From: Camelus ferus
Lineage: Eukaryota
Assembly (NCBI RefSeq): GCF_009834535.1
Contig: NC_045697.1
Location: forward strand, 89,902,001 to 89,966,000
DNA length: 64,000 nucleotides
Direction: 5' to 3'
Part shown: positions 13,901 to 27,340 of the stretch, piece by piece
How positions within the stretch are numbered: the stretch's first letter is position 1
Layout: every line of letters begins with the position of its first letter
The notes under the pieces: model-generated
What the model was told of the DNA's origin: nothing
Seen by the model: the letters and a program-made list of their open reading frames with translations, nothing else
Database searches by the model: none
Position numbers and translations under genes: made by a program

Positions 13901-16480
13901 AGTCTGCAAATGGTGTCAGCCAAGATGAAAGAATGAACACAGTGGTAAAGGCAAGATGTTCACAGAAGCAAGGAATTAATTCCAGAAAAAGAAATAAAAT
14001 GTCAGTGGTCGTCGGTAATCACTAAATGGATTTTTCAAACTGAGCTCAAAGTTAGTCATATGATGTTTAATACATCTGTTCTATAGTATTTTGATTCCTT
14101 AACATAACTTAACATTGTTCAACATTTTAGCTATTCCTAGGAATACTATGAAAGGGAAATATATTTTGGACACTCTTTAGTCATTTCTTCATTCCACACT
14201 TGATTTGTATTGTTTTGTTACCATTCTTTGAAGAGAATAAAAAGCCTGAGACAATGTGTCATATATTTTTTTAAATGGTGAAAGACTTGGTAAGTCAAAT
14301 GAATTTTCTTCTTATGTTGCTTATTTTATCAGAAGTGCTCAATAGTTGGAGAAGCTTGAATGTCCATGATCAAAATATACGAAATGATACCAAGGCAAGG
14401 CAGGAAAGCACAACAGTATGAGTACTCTTTCCGGTTGAAAGTTCAGTTTAATCTAGTCCTTGGCAAAATAGAATACATAGGATAAGCAATTTTTAAAAAG
14501 AAATGTATTTCATTATTTAACTGGAAATTCTGTGGTGTAGCTGAATCTGGGAATTTGTAAGATATCATTCACAGCTCACTTTCTCTACCTGTCGGTCAGG
14601 CAGGTTATCACCAGGTAATGGGCAAGAAGCTGATTGAAACTCAAGATATATATGACATATGTATATTTACAGCTTTGCAACATTAGGGATAAATTTAGTA
14701 TTATAGGTAATATTTTCTTAATGGCTGGAAAAAAAAAAGCCTCCCTGGATGTCTGAGCCCGTACCTGAAGCACTTTTTAGAAAATGAGCATCTCATAAGA
14801 ATGAGAGGTTTGTTTTTAATCAGCAGAAAAATAAAAGAACAAAATAGACACTTAGCAATCTAGCAATCAATATAAATTTAGACACTAAGAATATTACCAT
14901 GGCCCATAAAAGATTTTTTTTGTTTTAACTTCATAAGGGGGGGGTCAGGTACATCAGAGTGTATCTGAATGTGAAGAGAATTACAAGTGTTGCGGGAGAC
15001 TAGGTGGCATTCCAAAAATGTAAATCAAGTGGCCAAGAATGTGTTTTAATATTTTAATAGCCATAGGCTTTGTAATAAATTTTTGTAGGGTGAGACAGCT
15101 TTTTAAAAAAAAATATATATGAAACTTTTGTTTTTAAAATCAAAGTCAGTCACTAGAATTTAACATTTAATGGCTGTGGACTCTTAAGTGGTAGGGTTTC
15201 AAAATCAATTGATTATTTTTGTGTCTTTTAGGGAATGTATTTTCAATTATTAGCAGTGTACAATATTACCTATTCTTTCTCTTATTAACACATTCCATCA
15301 AAAATGCAAAATGGAGACTCTTATTAATGTTAATGTGATAAACTGAAATGTTTCTTACCAATTCTTTCCACAATCAATCAAAATACCAGAATTTTTAGAA
15401 CCTGTTTAAAGTGGAAATATCAAAATTAAATATATTGAAGTAGAGAGTTAAAATTTCTCTCTTTGTTAAAACTAAAGTTATCCCAATAGTCTAAAAGAAA
15501 TCTTTTGGTGAATTTCTATAATACTACCCATAGTAGAGACATGTGATCTTTGGTAATCCACTATAATTTCTATTTCTTATTATTCATATGTGAAATGAGA
15601 ATTAAAAGAGTATTCTATAGTCATAAAAGTGCTTTGCAAATACTAACCAGTACAAAAATTAAGTGTTACTTTTAAATTATATTTTCAAGTCATTTTTTTT
15701 TGGTTTTAAAAATATCAGTTTACTCCACTTAAGCTAAAAACTCATAATCTTTGCATAGTTCAGAGTTGTATTAAATGTTCATGTTTTAACACATGAATTA
15801 ATTCAAAATTGGCATAAGCATATTTAATGTTGATGTGTAAGTTAACATCTAACCACAGCTGCTTGATTTCAAACACCTAAGCACCAAGATGTGTTTGTAA
15901 AAATATAAAGCCAGATGTTTTTTGTATGGGTTTATATTACCCATTAGGGAAAAGAAAAGAAGAATAAAATATCAATATTGTAGAGATTATAAATATGATG
16001 GCAATATCATCACCAAATTTATTTCTATGTGAAGCTCTGTAATAGTGCCTGTAATTTTATCTGTTTTCTTTCTAATTAAAATGGCATTTCTTTCCCCTTA
16101 TTTGTATATTTCCTTTGTCATCTTTATACTTTTTCCTCCCAAGATGTGTGTTTCTCCTTAAATTTTTTGGATTTTTCATTAAATAAACCGAGAGACTAGT
16201 AATGCCACAATTCAGACTTGAGAATCACATAACATAGTAAGAGTTTTGCTTTGTTTTGTTTTTTGGCCTCAGCTACTTATTAATCATAACCTGGGGTACG
16301 CTGAAATATACAAAATCAAAACTTATGTCTTGATGGGAAAAAAACAACAAGATAGGTCCTCAAGAAGATGTATTTTCTGTCCTAGCTTACATCTACTTAG
16401 AAAACAACTGTGAACATGGTTCTATGCAGTTGTCATTCAAGAAACCTGAGAACAGAATCAGTCACTGCATACTAAGCGTA

Positions 16481-17460
16481 ATTCATTCATTTATTCATTC
16501 ATTCCTTTATTCAACAGGTACATTATTCAGTGCTACCAAGTGCCTGGTTTTATCCTCAGTAATAAGTATACAGCAGTGGAAAAGAGATACTATTTCTGTC
16601 ATCCAGGAGCAGACAGTCTAATAAGGTAGACAGATTTTTTTTAAGTTCTACAGATTAAGTGTACAATTAGAACTGTAAGGAAGATTGTAGGGGAAAATAT
16701 TAGCTGCTATGAAAGAATATAGACAGGGAACCTAGACAATTTGCTTATTCTTCATCTAATGGGTCAAGAAGGGCCACCTGAAGGAAGCAGCAATCAACTA
16801 GTGCACGACACAAAAGTTGAAGGCAGTCAGATAATATTAAATGAGGGATTTCAGGTAAAGAACTAACTTAAGACAAAGCCCTACAGCATAAGGAGCTTGA
16901 AATCCTAAAGCAAACTCAAAAAAATGAGTGAGATACAAACATGTACAGCACAGGGTATCAGAGGTTGGCAGTAAATCAGAAAATAAACATGGAGAGAGCA
17001 GAAGAGAAAAAAATAGGGAGAGAGCATCAAATTACATAAAATCTCTAACAAGTCCTACAGGATTGTAAACTATTGCCAGAATTTCATGGGGGATGAAGAT
17101 ATTTGCATTCGAAATAAGTCATTCTCTTTGTTCTACAGAGAATGGATTCTAGATAGGGGTTGTGAAGAAGAAGGGAGACTAATTAGTAAGCTTCTGCAGT
17201 ATTTGGGCACTAAGTCATAATGGCCAAGGCTAATTAGGTCAGCAGAGAGAAGGGATTTGAGACACGTTATAGATGTAAACTTGTCAGGACTTGCTTAACT
17301 TATTAGACATGAGGAAGAAGAGAAAATGGGACCAAGAGTGAACCCATCCCAATATAAATGAAGTTGTTTATTAAGATAGGATATTAATATTAAGATACTG
17401 AAGGAGAAGCATATCTGAGATAGAAAATTAGCATGAATTTTTGACATGCTTAGATTATGA
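16481..17460 (-). mobile_element. L2 LINE 3' portion (resumes after the MLT1 insertions and again at about 18500-18800)
   Basis: (ATTC)n tail followed by ATTCAACAGGTACATTATTCAGTGC. L2-like TTTTGACATGCTTAG resumes as GAGATGCTTGTGAGAC at 17802. Confidence 0.8.
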
Positions 17461-17461
17461 C

Positions 17462-17801
17462 TGCAATGGATTGAAGCTTTGTGTCTCCTCAAAATTCACA
17501 TGTTGCAATATTAACCCCTCATCGTGGTGCTATTAGGAAGTGTACTTAGGTCATGAAGGTAGAGCCATTTTGAATGAGATTAATGCCCTTATAAAGGGGA
17601 CCCGAGAGAGCTCTCTCAACCCTCTCGCCATGTGAGAATGAGAAGACACAGTTTGCAACTCAGAAAGGGCCCTCACCAGAAACTTTGCTGCACGATGATC
17701 TCGGACTTCCAGGCTTCAGATCTATGAGCAATACACTTCTGTCATTTATAAGCCACCCAGTCTATGGTACTTTGTTATAGCAGTCCGAACGGACTGAGAC
17801 A
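17462..17801 (+). mobile_element. MaLR solo LTR (MLT1A/B-like) nested in L2
   Basis: TGCAATGGATTGAAGCTTTGTGTCTCCTCAAAATTCACATGTTG ... AAGCCACCCAGTCTATGGTACTTTGTTATAGCAGTCCGAACGGACTGAGACA. Confidence 0.88.
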
Positions 17802-17956
17802 GAGATGCTTGTGAGACAATCAGTTAGAGAAACTAGGGGGGTGAGTAGCAGGAGAAGGGGTCTGGGAATCAAAAGAGAAGTTCAACCTGTTGTAAATTGT
17901 GCACGTTGTGAGTCATGACAGTGGCTGTAATCACCTAGAAGGAGCCTCATCTACAT

Positions 17957-18109
17957 CCAGAAGGAACAAACCTACTATCAGCTTGAGTTTAACCCAGGGA
18001 AACCGACTGTGGATTTCTGACCTCTAGGTCTGTAAGAAAATACATTTGTGTTGTTTCAAGACACTAAGTTTGTAGTAATTTGTTACAACAGCAATAAGAA
18101 GCTAACACA
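17957..18109 (+). mobile_element. MLT1C/D-like LTR 3' half
   Basis: TTCTGACCTCTAGGTCTGTAAGAAAATACATTTGTGTTGTTTCAAGACACTAAGTTTGTAGTAATTTGTTACAACAGCAATAAGAAGCTAACACA. Confidence 0.82.
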
Positions 18110-19251
18110 ATCATCAGTCACAACAAACTCAGCAAGACGTTACTCCTTCACTTTATCCTACAAGCAGAGCAAGGTGTAGAGAGAACAATTAGAGCTGTGA
18201 GGAAGATAAACAATAATCACCAAATATACAGTTTACTGTCTATAAGATATGAATCAGTGCTGTATCTAATCATCTAACCCAGGAATTTTATCCTAATGTT
18301 ATGAAATTGACTACACCCATACAGACATACACAAATACATTTCTATCTTTACAAAAAGCATATTTAACCATTTTTAGTATTGTTATTTGTTCCCTCCTTA
18401 ATTAATGAGTTGAATACTTGACAAGTATTCATTCTATATTCATATTAGAGTTATGATTTTACGTTTTTGAAAGTATAACTTAACAGAAGAAAAGCTATCA
18501 AAGGAGTCTTAGGAAAAACAAATATAGAAATAATAAGAGACTCAGGAAAGAATGGCATTCTGGAAGCCAGAGGACAGGAATTTTAAGAAGTGTTGATAGT
18601 ACAAATGTGCAAATACGACCAGCAGGTGGAAGACTTAGATGACTGATTGGGACATGACCAGTAGGAAGAGGGAAATACTAGTTGACAAGGTTTAAAAGAA
18701 CTAAATGAATTGAGAAATCAGTGGGAGATAAGGAAAAAGAGACAGTAGGACCAGTGATTCCTCCAAGAATTTGAGTAACGATGGAGAGAAAATAAGACAT
18801 GAGATGCCAGTTAAGAAAGCAGCACTGTGAGAAATAATCTCCTTAGGGTGAGGAAGATTTGACGAGGAAGGCGCTAGCAAGGAAAACAGGACGGGAGTTC
18901 AAAAATACAGGGAATAGGAGAGGGAGGAGAGTTATTGGAGAAAGGTCCTGAGGACACACTCGAAGCAGTGAAGAAACTTCCTTGTGAAAGCGAAGGAAAA
19001 TGTCTTCCTCTGCATTAGAAAGGAAAGAAGAGAGGTAAACGGGAGGTTTTAGTTTTTTTTACACCCAGTAAAAACTGTTTCCTTACTGGCTTCAGAATGA
19101 GAATATTTGACCTATGACTGTGGCTTAAGTTGGGAATGGGTGGGATTTTTAACACAGTATGAGAAATTCGAAGAAGGGTGAATAAATGAGCCATCAAGCA
19201 TCACTGGGGAAAAACTGGGGCTCAAAATCTGTATTAACATCAGTCAGACCC

Positions 19252-19536
19252 AAAGGGGAAAGGAGGGGAGGGATGAATTAGGAGTTCTGGATTAATAGAC
19301 ATACACTACTATATATAAAAATAGGCAAAGAACAGGACCTACTTTTTAACACAGGGAACTATATTCAATATCTTGTAATAAGCTATAATGGAAAAGAATC
19401 TGAAAATACATGCCTGTGTACATATATATGTATGTGTGTGTGTGTGTGTGTGTGTATAACTGAATCATTCTGCTGTACACCTGAAACTAACATTGTAAAT
19501 CAATTATACTTCAGTAAAAAATAAATTAAAAAAAAT
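19252..19536 (+). mobile_element. Cetartiodactyl-type L1 3' end containing a (TG)n tract
   Basis: ACACAGGGAACTATATTCAATATCTTGTAATAA...CTGAAACTAACATTGTAAATCAATTATACTTCA followed by an A tail. Confidence 0.85.
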
Positions 19537-19559
19537 AGGTCAGAGCAATCTGATCATTT

Positions 19560-19765
19560 CTTTTTTTTTCCCTTTTTTTTAAACATTCTTTTTATTGAGT
19601 TACAGTCATTTTACAATGTTGTGTCAAATTCCAGTGTAGAGCACAATTTTTCAGTTATACAGGAACATACAGACAATCCTTGTCACACTCTCTTTCACTG
19701 TGAGCCACCACAAGATCCTGTATATATTTCCCTGTGCCACACAGTACAACCTTGTTTATCTATTC
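19560..19765 (-). mobile_element. Short 3' fragment of the young L1 family
   Basis: T-rich tail followed by TTACAATGTTGTGTCAAATTCCAGTGTAGAGCACAATTTTTCAG, closely matching the reverse complement of about 37715-37890. Confidence 0.9.
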
Positions 19766-19884
19766 TTTTTAATATTCTCAAATCTTCTCTTCAAAATCTC
19801 CTAAACACAGTGTTTTTCAGCATTTGCTTATTTCAAATGTTGATTCCAGTTTTGATGTTCAGTTTTTAGATCTAGTTTTTTAAA

Positions 19885-20132
19885 AAGACTCTTTATAGAG
19901 CAGTTTTAGACTCACAGCATGTTGAGCAGAAGGTACAAAGATTTCCCATATACTCCCTTTCCTCACATATGCATTGCCTCCTCCACTATAGCGTATTGGT
20001 ACTTCGGTAGATACATGTCATTATAAATTTGTTCAAACACATAGAATGTACAGCAAGAGGTAAATTTAATGGAAACTACAGACTTTGGGATGATAATGAT
20101 ATGTCAACGTAGACACATTAATTGTAAGAAAG
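19885..20132 (-). mobile_element. L1MC1-like 3' end with an inverted 5' part
   Basis: 19885-19990 is the antisense extreme 3' end; 20005-20132 is the sense copy of the preceding 3'UTR segment (recalled consensus). Confidence 0.75.
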
Positions 20133-20184
20133 CTTTTAGCTTTTTAAAGGCAAATTGTTTCTAACATACTCCCTCATTGACATA

Positions 20185-20297
20185 TCACGGGAATATGCCT
20201 CCATCCCCCTATCCCGGACCTACTGAACCAGAAGCTTCGGGTCAAAGGGCTTGAGAAGTACCAGATGCATCTTTGATCAGACAATTATGAGAAACAT
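20185..20297. mobile_element. MER5-like hAT MITE remnant
   Basis: CCCGGACCTACTGAACCAGAAG ... TGAGAAAC. Confidence 0.5.
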
Positions 20298-20626
20298 ATT
20301 CTACCCCAACAGGATTCTGTAAAAGAGCTCCAAACATCCTTCCAACATATCTCGAATGTCTAAGGTGGCCAGAATTATAAAACGGAAAACATTTCCTGTG
20401 GTTATAAATTCTCAATTATGACCAAGGTCTAAAAGGAAAATCTGATACACTATAACAATCCCTGCTACAAGGCAGGCTCAAAAGTTCTTCAGCAAATAGT
20501 AGACAGAGCTCCAGTCTCGGAGAGTCTTCACTCTCAATTTCCTTTTTCTTTACCTTGGGCTCTGGCACAAATTCACAACAGAGTTATACCTTATGGTCAA
20601 GTATGCGCTATAGTCACAGCAATTGC

Positions 20627-21097
20627 CTTATGCTAAGTGAGATAAGTCAGATCAAGACAAGTACAGTATAGTATCACTTATAAGCAGAATCTTTAAAAAC
20701 CCAACCTGTAAAAACAGATTAAGTGGTGGTGAGCAGGGGCTGGAGAGGAGAGCGGATAGGTCAGATGTTGTTTAAGGGCACAGACTTGCAAGGAATAGTA
20801 AGTCCTAGAGTTGTAGTGCACGGTACAGTAAATACAGAAAACAGTATCGTGTTATAAACATCGAACTTGCTAAGAGACTAGTTTTTTTATTTTTTTTTAA
20901 TTGAAGTAAAGTCAGTTTACAATGTTGTGTCAATTTCTTAATTAAAACAACTACTAAAAAGAAATGTTAATTATGTGGTGTGATAGAAGTGCTAATTATC
21001 ACTACAAGGCAATCATACTGCAATATATAAATATGTCAAATCAACCTGTTGTATGCCTTAAATTTATGAAGTATTTTATATCAAATATATTTCAATA
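20627..21097 (+). mobile_element. L1MA9/L1MA10-like 3' end interrupted by a ~55-bp antisense L1 tail at 20882-20936
   Basis: TTATGCTAAGTGAGATAAGTCAGA...TTGCTAAGAGACTAG, then the insert, then ...ATATCAAATATATTTCAATA. Confidence 0.8.
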
Positions 21098-21984
21098 CTT
21101 TTTTAATGTTGGGAAACATATTTATAATTATAAACATAATGTGTATGGATTTAAGTACACCAAAGAATTTAAAATGCTTTTATTACATCTTTCTTTCCCT
21201 TTTAGCTTCTATAATACCCCTTTTTATATATTTGCATTTTGGAAAACCTAAAATATGGACCCATATATATATACTTTCTCATGTGGTAACATGGAATCTG
21301 CACCCCAACTTCTACTCTATGATTTTCATGGTATTTTTTCAGCTGTCATGTGACTCATCAATGAAAATCATTAGCACCTGAAACCACGTATTTTTCAGTA
21401 TGATTTCAGGTTATTGAGTCACTTTTTAAGATAAATAAACCCATCTATGGAACCCATCTACACAAAACCTAGCATCCCAGTTCAGAATTTAAGAAGATTC
21501 TACTTTGGCATGAACAACACAAAATGGGGAGGAAAAATATCTAGAAAGTACAAATATGAAAAATGAGCAACGTGGCTTTGAAGATTTTGCTCCACTGAAT
21601 CCCTTCAAATTCTGAATTTTTAGGAAAACGGTTATAGTTTTAAAATATTAAGTTAATGTAAAAAAGTAAATAAAACTCCTATTTATAATTCACATTACAT
21701 TATTTGAAATTATATTAATTCATGTAAAATTACAACTACAGAAAATTAATGTCCACATGTTTAGGTAATTATCAATAATCAATGTCATTTCTTCAAAGAC
21801 AAGGAAATTCAGGGTTCAGCTGTCAAAATTTCTAACCCATTTATTTCTCTAGTCATAGTTTCCTAAGTGATAGAGAACACACAAACTGGGTCTTTGGTCC
21901 CAAACATCTTTGCTCTCTTCTCTCCTGCTGAACAGGGGCTTGGAGAGAAGTCTCCATGTTCTTCGTATGTAATAGTAAGATAGT

Positions 21985-22210
21985 AATGACCAAGTGTTAC
22001 AAGTATATCCTACGAGCCTGACCCTGCTTTAAGCACTTTCCATGTATTAATCTAATTTTCACAAGAACTTTGAGAGACCCACTTTGCAGATAATAGTAAT
22101 ATTTTGCAGAGGAATATAGTAACTTGCCTGAGATAACAGGTGTGATAGAGCCAGGATTTAGATCCAGGCAGTTTAATTCCAGAGGCCACATTCTTAACTT
22201 TTATACCCTA
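21985..22210 (-). mobile_element. MIR SINE
   Basis: TAAGCACTTTCCATGTATTAA ... GTAACTTGCCTGAGAT ... GAGCCAGGATTTAGATCCAGGCAG. Confidence 0.85.
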
Positions 22211-22659
22211 CTGTTTCTTTCAAGGTCATTAGAAAGTCTGAGTAGGAGAAGGGGAACACAAAGCAACCAAAAGGAAGAAGTGTCAAGAATGCATTTTATA
22301 GAGAAATTGACTCACATAGTTCGTTTGTCTGAATGTCCTATCCCTAGCACCAGGGCCCAATTACAGCATATTAGACCTTCCTCTCTCTGGGGTCAGAGTG
22401 GAAAGGAGTAAGAGGAGATGGTCCATTATCCTATCTGTAAAGCATAATTTAATACTCCCTCATATTTTCTTTTTTATCCCAAATTAGTTTAATAAATTAG
22501 GTCTTTGGCCATCTAGAATAGTTTGCCTCAAGAGAGAGAATTAGTGGAGGTTCAAAATAGTTTTCCTTTCTAATATTTACCGCTGTTACTATGAACCAGC
22601 AGTTTGAATTCTCAGGGACATTTGGAAATGTCCTTTTGATCTTATTCTTTAAAAGTAGT

Positions 22660-22907
22660 GCCATGCAGAGTCATATCAGAGGATGTAGGAAAAAGTAATC
22701 AGGAATATTGATTCTGTCTTTATTTAAATTTTTTAAATATTGCTCATCAGGAATTCTTGCACTAATTTAATTTCTTAAAATATTGCATTAAAGTACTATT
22801 TATCTTAGTTACTGAGGGTTCCTTGTTTGTAGTTTGTTTGTTTTGGAGTCCCCTTAAATTGGATACCCTAAGTCAGTGCCTAGCTTGCTAAATCTGCTCC
22901 CAGACCT
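22660..22907. mobile_element. MER96B-like hAT element
   Basis: AATATTGCATTAAAGTACTATTTATCTTAGTTACTGAG ... CCCCTTAAATT (recalled consensus). Confidence 0.55.
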
Positions 22908-23229
22908 CTCTTAAAGGTATAAAGATGACACCTCAAAGCACTGTATTCCATTAGGCCTCCACTAGATTATTCATGAGCAGCAGACAAGAATTTTTAAATG
23001 ATGCTAGTAATACAATGTCATCTCACTATGCCCATGGCCCCTGTACAATTTGACACTTGTCAAAGTCAATACTGGAGTAAATCAAAGTCTACATATTACC
23101 TATTCCTATCACATTGTTCAACTGAAATTTAGATACTTTTACAGGGAAACATGCACAAATTCTGATTTATAATCAGTGTATTATAAGCACTTACAAAGCT
23201 GGCTGCATGAAAGTCTTAAAAAACTTTTT

Positions 23230-24170
23230 GTATTCTCAACATTTGATGAAAATCACTGTTATTTTTTCCTTTAATTGCTGCCTTGACTTGATGCACATAT
23301 TTTGTTAATCTGGTAAACATTTGTGTTTAATTTTTGTTCATTTGTAATTCTCCTTTAGTAAATTACTTACATTTGCTCTTTGCTCATTTTTATATTAGTG
23401 TGTTCATACCTTTCATATTAATTGATGAGATTCCTAATTATTAATGGTATTAGCCTTTTAAATTTTAATTATGATCATTGGCCACACTAAATTTTAACAT
23501 TTTTATGTACTTAAATTTATAAATCTTTCTTACTTAGGTATTAGGTCTTAGAAAATCCTTTCTATGTCTGAGTATATAAATATTCACTTATATTTTGTTC
23601 CAGTAGATTTGTAAGTTCAGTTTTTCCATATAAATATTTAACTCATCTGGAATTTAGTTTGGTATAAGGTGTGAGATTCTTTCCTATTGGCTCCAACACA
23701 ATTTATTCAATTATCCATTCTTTCCTCATGAGTTTGAAATATCATTTCTATCATATACTGAAATTCCATATAGAGTTGTTCTGTTTGTGTGTTTCTCTTC
23801 TGTTTCACAGATCTTTCTGTCTAGTCTGGCAGAAGTCTACTGCATATTATTTTTACGATTTAGTAGTGTATTTTACAGTCTGGTGGGGGCAGTGCTCTTC
23901 TTTAAAAATAAAAGTTCTGGCTATTTACTATATTTTTTTCTAGATAAACTTGGGAATCATTTGACGAGTTCCAAAAAAAAGTCCCACTGGGAGTTTGATT
24001 AGAAATGTGTTAAGTTTATAGGTTAACTTGGAGAGAGTTGACTTCTCATCTCTCTCACCAGTTACTCAAATATTTTTCCATGCCCATCAGTAAAATCCAG
24101 CCAATATCTTCAAATAGGCATGCACAATTCTTGTTAAATTTATCCATCTATATCATATATATTGTTACAA
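23230..24170 (-). mobile_element. Old L1ME ORF2 fragment
   Basis: TTAACTCATCTGGAATTTAGTTTGGTATAAGGTGTGAG and GGGAGTTTGATTAGAAATGTGTTAAGTTTATAGGTTAACTTGGAGAGA. Confidence 0.8.
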
Positions 24171-25894
24171 TCTGCTGCACTCTTTGCAACAGACAAGCGG
24201 AAATGGAAAGAATACAGCTTCTCAGTACTGCTTGTTTCTGTTCTTGTCTCTCACTTTAGTGGCCCCATGAAGTGGAGAAAACTCTTAAATATTTCTTGCC
24301 CATGTTCCAGGTTTATTATGAAGTATAAGTAAGACAACATGCTTAATAGCATACCATTATATAATACAATACAAAGCTATGTAAATGTCATGGTACATTG
24401 TGTATGAAGAAAATTTAACTGCAATTCCAAAAATTAAAATGAAGAATCAAAGCTTAAAACAGCCAAATAATCAAAGCAAATTATTCCTATTGGGATTATC
24501 CAGATGGATATTTATGCACTCCACTTTTCTTTCTATATATGCTCAATGTTTTAAAAATGAACAATCTAAGAACTATGAAATAATGGAAATATGATTTACA
24601 TTTTATTCTAAAATATTATATTATATTTTGTATCCACATTAGTTTAAAATATCATAAGAATATAAAACCTATGAATTCTTCAACTTTTAAAAAATAGAAC
24701 CAAAAATGATCTCAAGGACATTAATTCTTTTGTTTTTATTTAATTTGAAAATTCACAAATTACCTTGTTTCGTTCTTGTTTACATTATGCACAAAATACA
24801 CAATAAGACAAGTGTCTCATCATTAAAAATGGCATTTTGCCACATGTACAGTGCCATAAGATGTAATTGTTTAATAATTTAAAATGGATATGATGAATCA
24901 CACTTTGATATTTCTGTTGGTTACTGTGATCATATGAATGGTATAAGCATATAATTGCAAATACACACATTATATATACATAAATAAAAATACCTAATTG
25001 AAAACTCCAAACATCCCTAAGGCAAATTTATAGAACAAACTTTTCACTAAAGTCTTTTTATACACATTTCAATGGTGCCAAATATGCAGAGGCTCTGGGT
25101 TGAAACTAGTTTAAAACTGACACAGAGTTTATTAGAAAGACTAAGGGCCAATCCACATGGAAAAGAACTGCCTCAAGAATCTGGGTAGAAAAAACAGCCC
25201 TGCATTTTATTCTTGTGAACTTTAGCAATTCGTAAAAGTTTTTTCTATCTCCTTCAAACTAAAATACCTAGTATTTCTACTAGTATACGTGCCGAAGAAA
25301 AAAAAAATCACTGTATGAAAAATAAACTTCTACTCTCAGTTAATTAAGTTAATATTACATTCCATCTTCTTGTTATTCAGGTTTCTTCAACAACAGAAAG
25401 CCACCAAGGACATACTAAGGCCATAAAAGTCATGCATATTTTAGGTAACAACTTCACCTTGACTATATAATATGTATGTTATTGTCATACTTTCCAATAC
25501 TCATCAGAGTATTTTAATCATCATTAATTTTTTAAGGATAGAATAATAAGTTCCTTCTTCCTTCCTGTACAGCACCAAAACAAGCAAGATAGGGTTGATC
25601 TGTGGAACTTTAATGACCCATTGTAAAAATGAACTCCTAGGGAAAAAGACTTGGATTGCAAAGAATAAACATCTTCAAAAAAATCTCCTGTCCAATGATT
25701 TCAACTCCAACTTACTTATGTTCAACCATATGGCTGCTCAGAAGACTTTTCCATATAAAATTTCAGACCTACCTAATTAGATTGAGAGAGAGATTCCACC
25801 GCCCCCCCCCTTTTTTTAGCTAATTGAATCATTGAGGAAAATTAGCCCACATGAAAGAGGAAATTATTTTATTTAAATACCTAATACCATTAGC

Positions 25895-26024
25895 ACTCCA
25901 CATCTGCAGATATGGACAACCAACTGTACTAGGTGGTTTATATAAGGGATTTGAACATCTGTGGATTTTGGTGTTCACAAAGTGTCCTTGAACCAATTTC
26001 CTGCAGATACTGGGGTATGACGGT
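25895..26024. mobile_element. MER2-like Tigger MITE end
   Basis: TTTATATAAGGGATTTGAACATCTGTGGATTTTGG...GAACCAATTTCCTGCAGATAC. Confidence 0.75.
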
Positions 26025-27147
26025 ACATATCTATTTGCTATGATTATTCTGATTTAGACGTTTGGAGTGATCAACTTAAAAAATAAGTTAAATATTTCTT
26101 TGATTTCCATGAACAGAAATGTTCCAAATATATTTTTCCTTTTATCTAGCTATAGAAAAGTCTACTTATTAGTCATTACTACTCAATACTCTCTAAAGAT
26201 ATAAAGAATTACAGCACTTGCATTCAACAGTCTCTCATAATTGAACCTATCCTACAATATATTCCATTTTTCAGGTAAAGGTGAATTGTCCTCATGTCTT
26301 ATCACATAACTCAGTGTGTTTTTGCCCTGAGTGAAATTTTATTGTGACATCTCCAAAGGAATCACTAAGCCTGGTCTGATAATCAAAATGTATAATATTT
26401 ATTTATTGAATTGTTCTCTGGTGTCAGAAGAACTGGAAGAGTAGTTTTACTTATTGAACTTTTATTCTAAAAAAGTGAAATTTCAGTGTCTCATAAATCT
26501 TTCTTGTAAGTTTTTAGTTACTGAGAATTTTTAAGTAAACAATGGTTTTTTAAACAGTTAAAATAAAAGGCTTTGCAAGCAAGATGCAATATTATACCTA
26601 ATTAAAAAGGGATAATCATTATCAGTTTAGAATCATAAGAACTGTCAAGCAAAAGGAGTCCCACATGGGCCATATTATGGAAGAATAAAAACGATGTGCC
26701 ACTCACCTCCCCCTCACCCAACTTCAGAGGAAAAAGAATAAGTAAATAAACTTGAGTCTCAAAAGAACATGTGGATTTCTTTTAGATGCTTACCCCTACA
26801 AGTAGGCTCCACACTATCAGAGTCCCTGAGAAGCATGGGGACTCATCTATAGCCCACGTTCTCACCACACAGCATTGGGGAAGCCACTTGCAACATGTCC
26901 ACTCTGCTATCCACATGTGCTTCACCCTGAGAACTGACTGGATTGGTCTGATCTGCTCCAGCAGTGACTGCAGCCAGGGGAGAGTTCTCTTCCTCCTTCC
27001 TTTAATCCCACTTTTCTCTCTCCTCCCCTCATGGAGAGTGTCTCAGGCTAGATCAAAACAGTATTATTTTTATACACAAATGGTCAAGCACTGAGAAGAA
27101 AAGATGAAGGATGGAAGAATTGGGGAACCTGAAAATCCAATGAGTAA

Positions 27148-27340
27148 ATTAAGCAACTCTAGAGTCAGACAGGCCTAAGTTTCAAACACCCTGGATCACT
27201 TAGTAGCTGTGTGATATTGGGTAGGAGACCAAATCTATCTGAAACCCAATCATCTATCTACAAAATGAATTGGTATACCTACATATTAGGGTAGTTAGAA
27301 GGGTTTAAACTGCAGTAAAATCTCTAACACAGTACGTTTT
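27148..27340 (+). mobile_element. MIR SINE
   Basis: CTCTAGAGTCAGACAGGCCTAAGTTTCAAA ... CACTTAGTAGCTGTGTGATATTGGG. Confidence 0.75.

Noticed and set aside
1037..14629. Scattered minus-strand exon candidates (about 1037-1090, 8400-8458, 14589-14629)
   Set aside because: Splice motifs are present, but the peptides are unrecognised and such pseudo-exons are common in AT-rich DNA.
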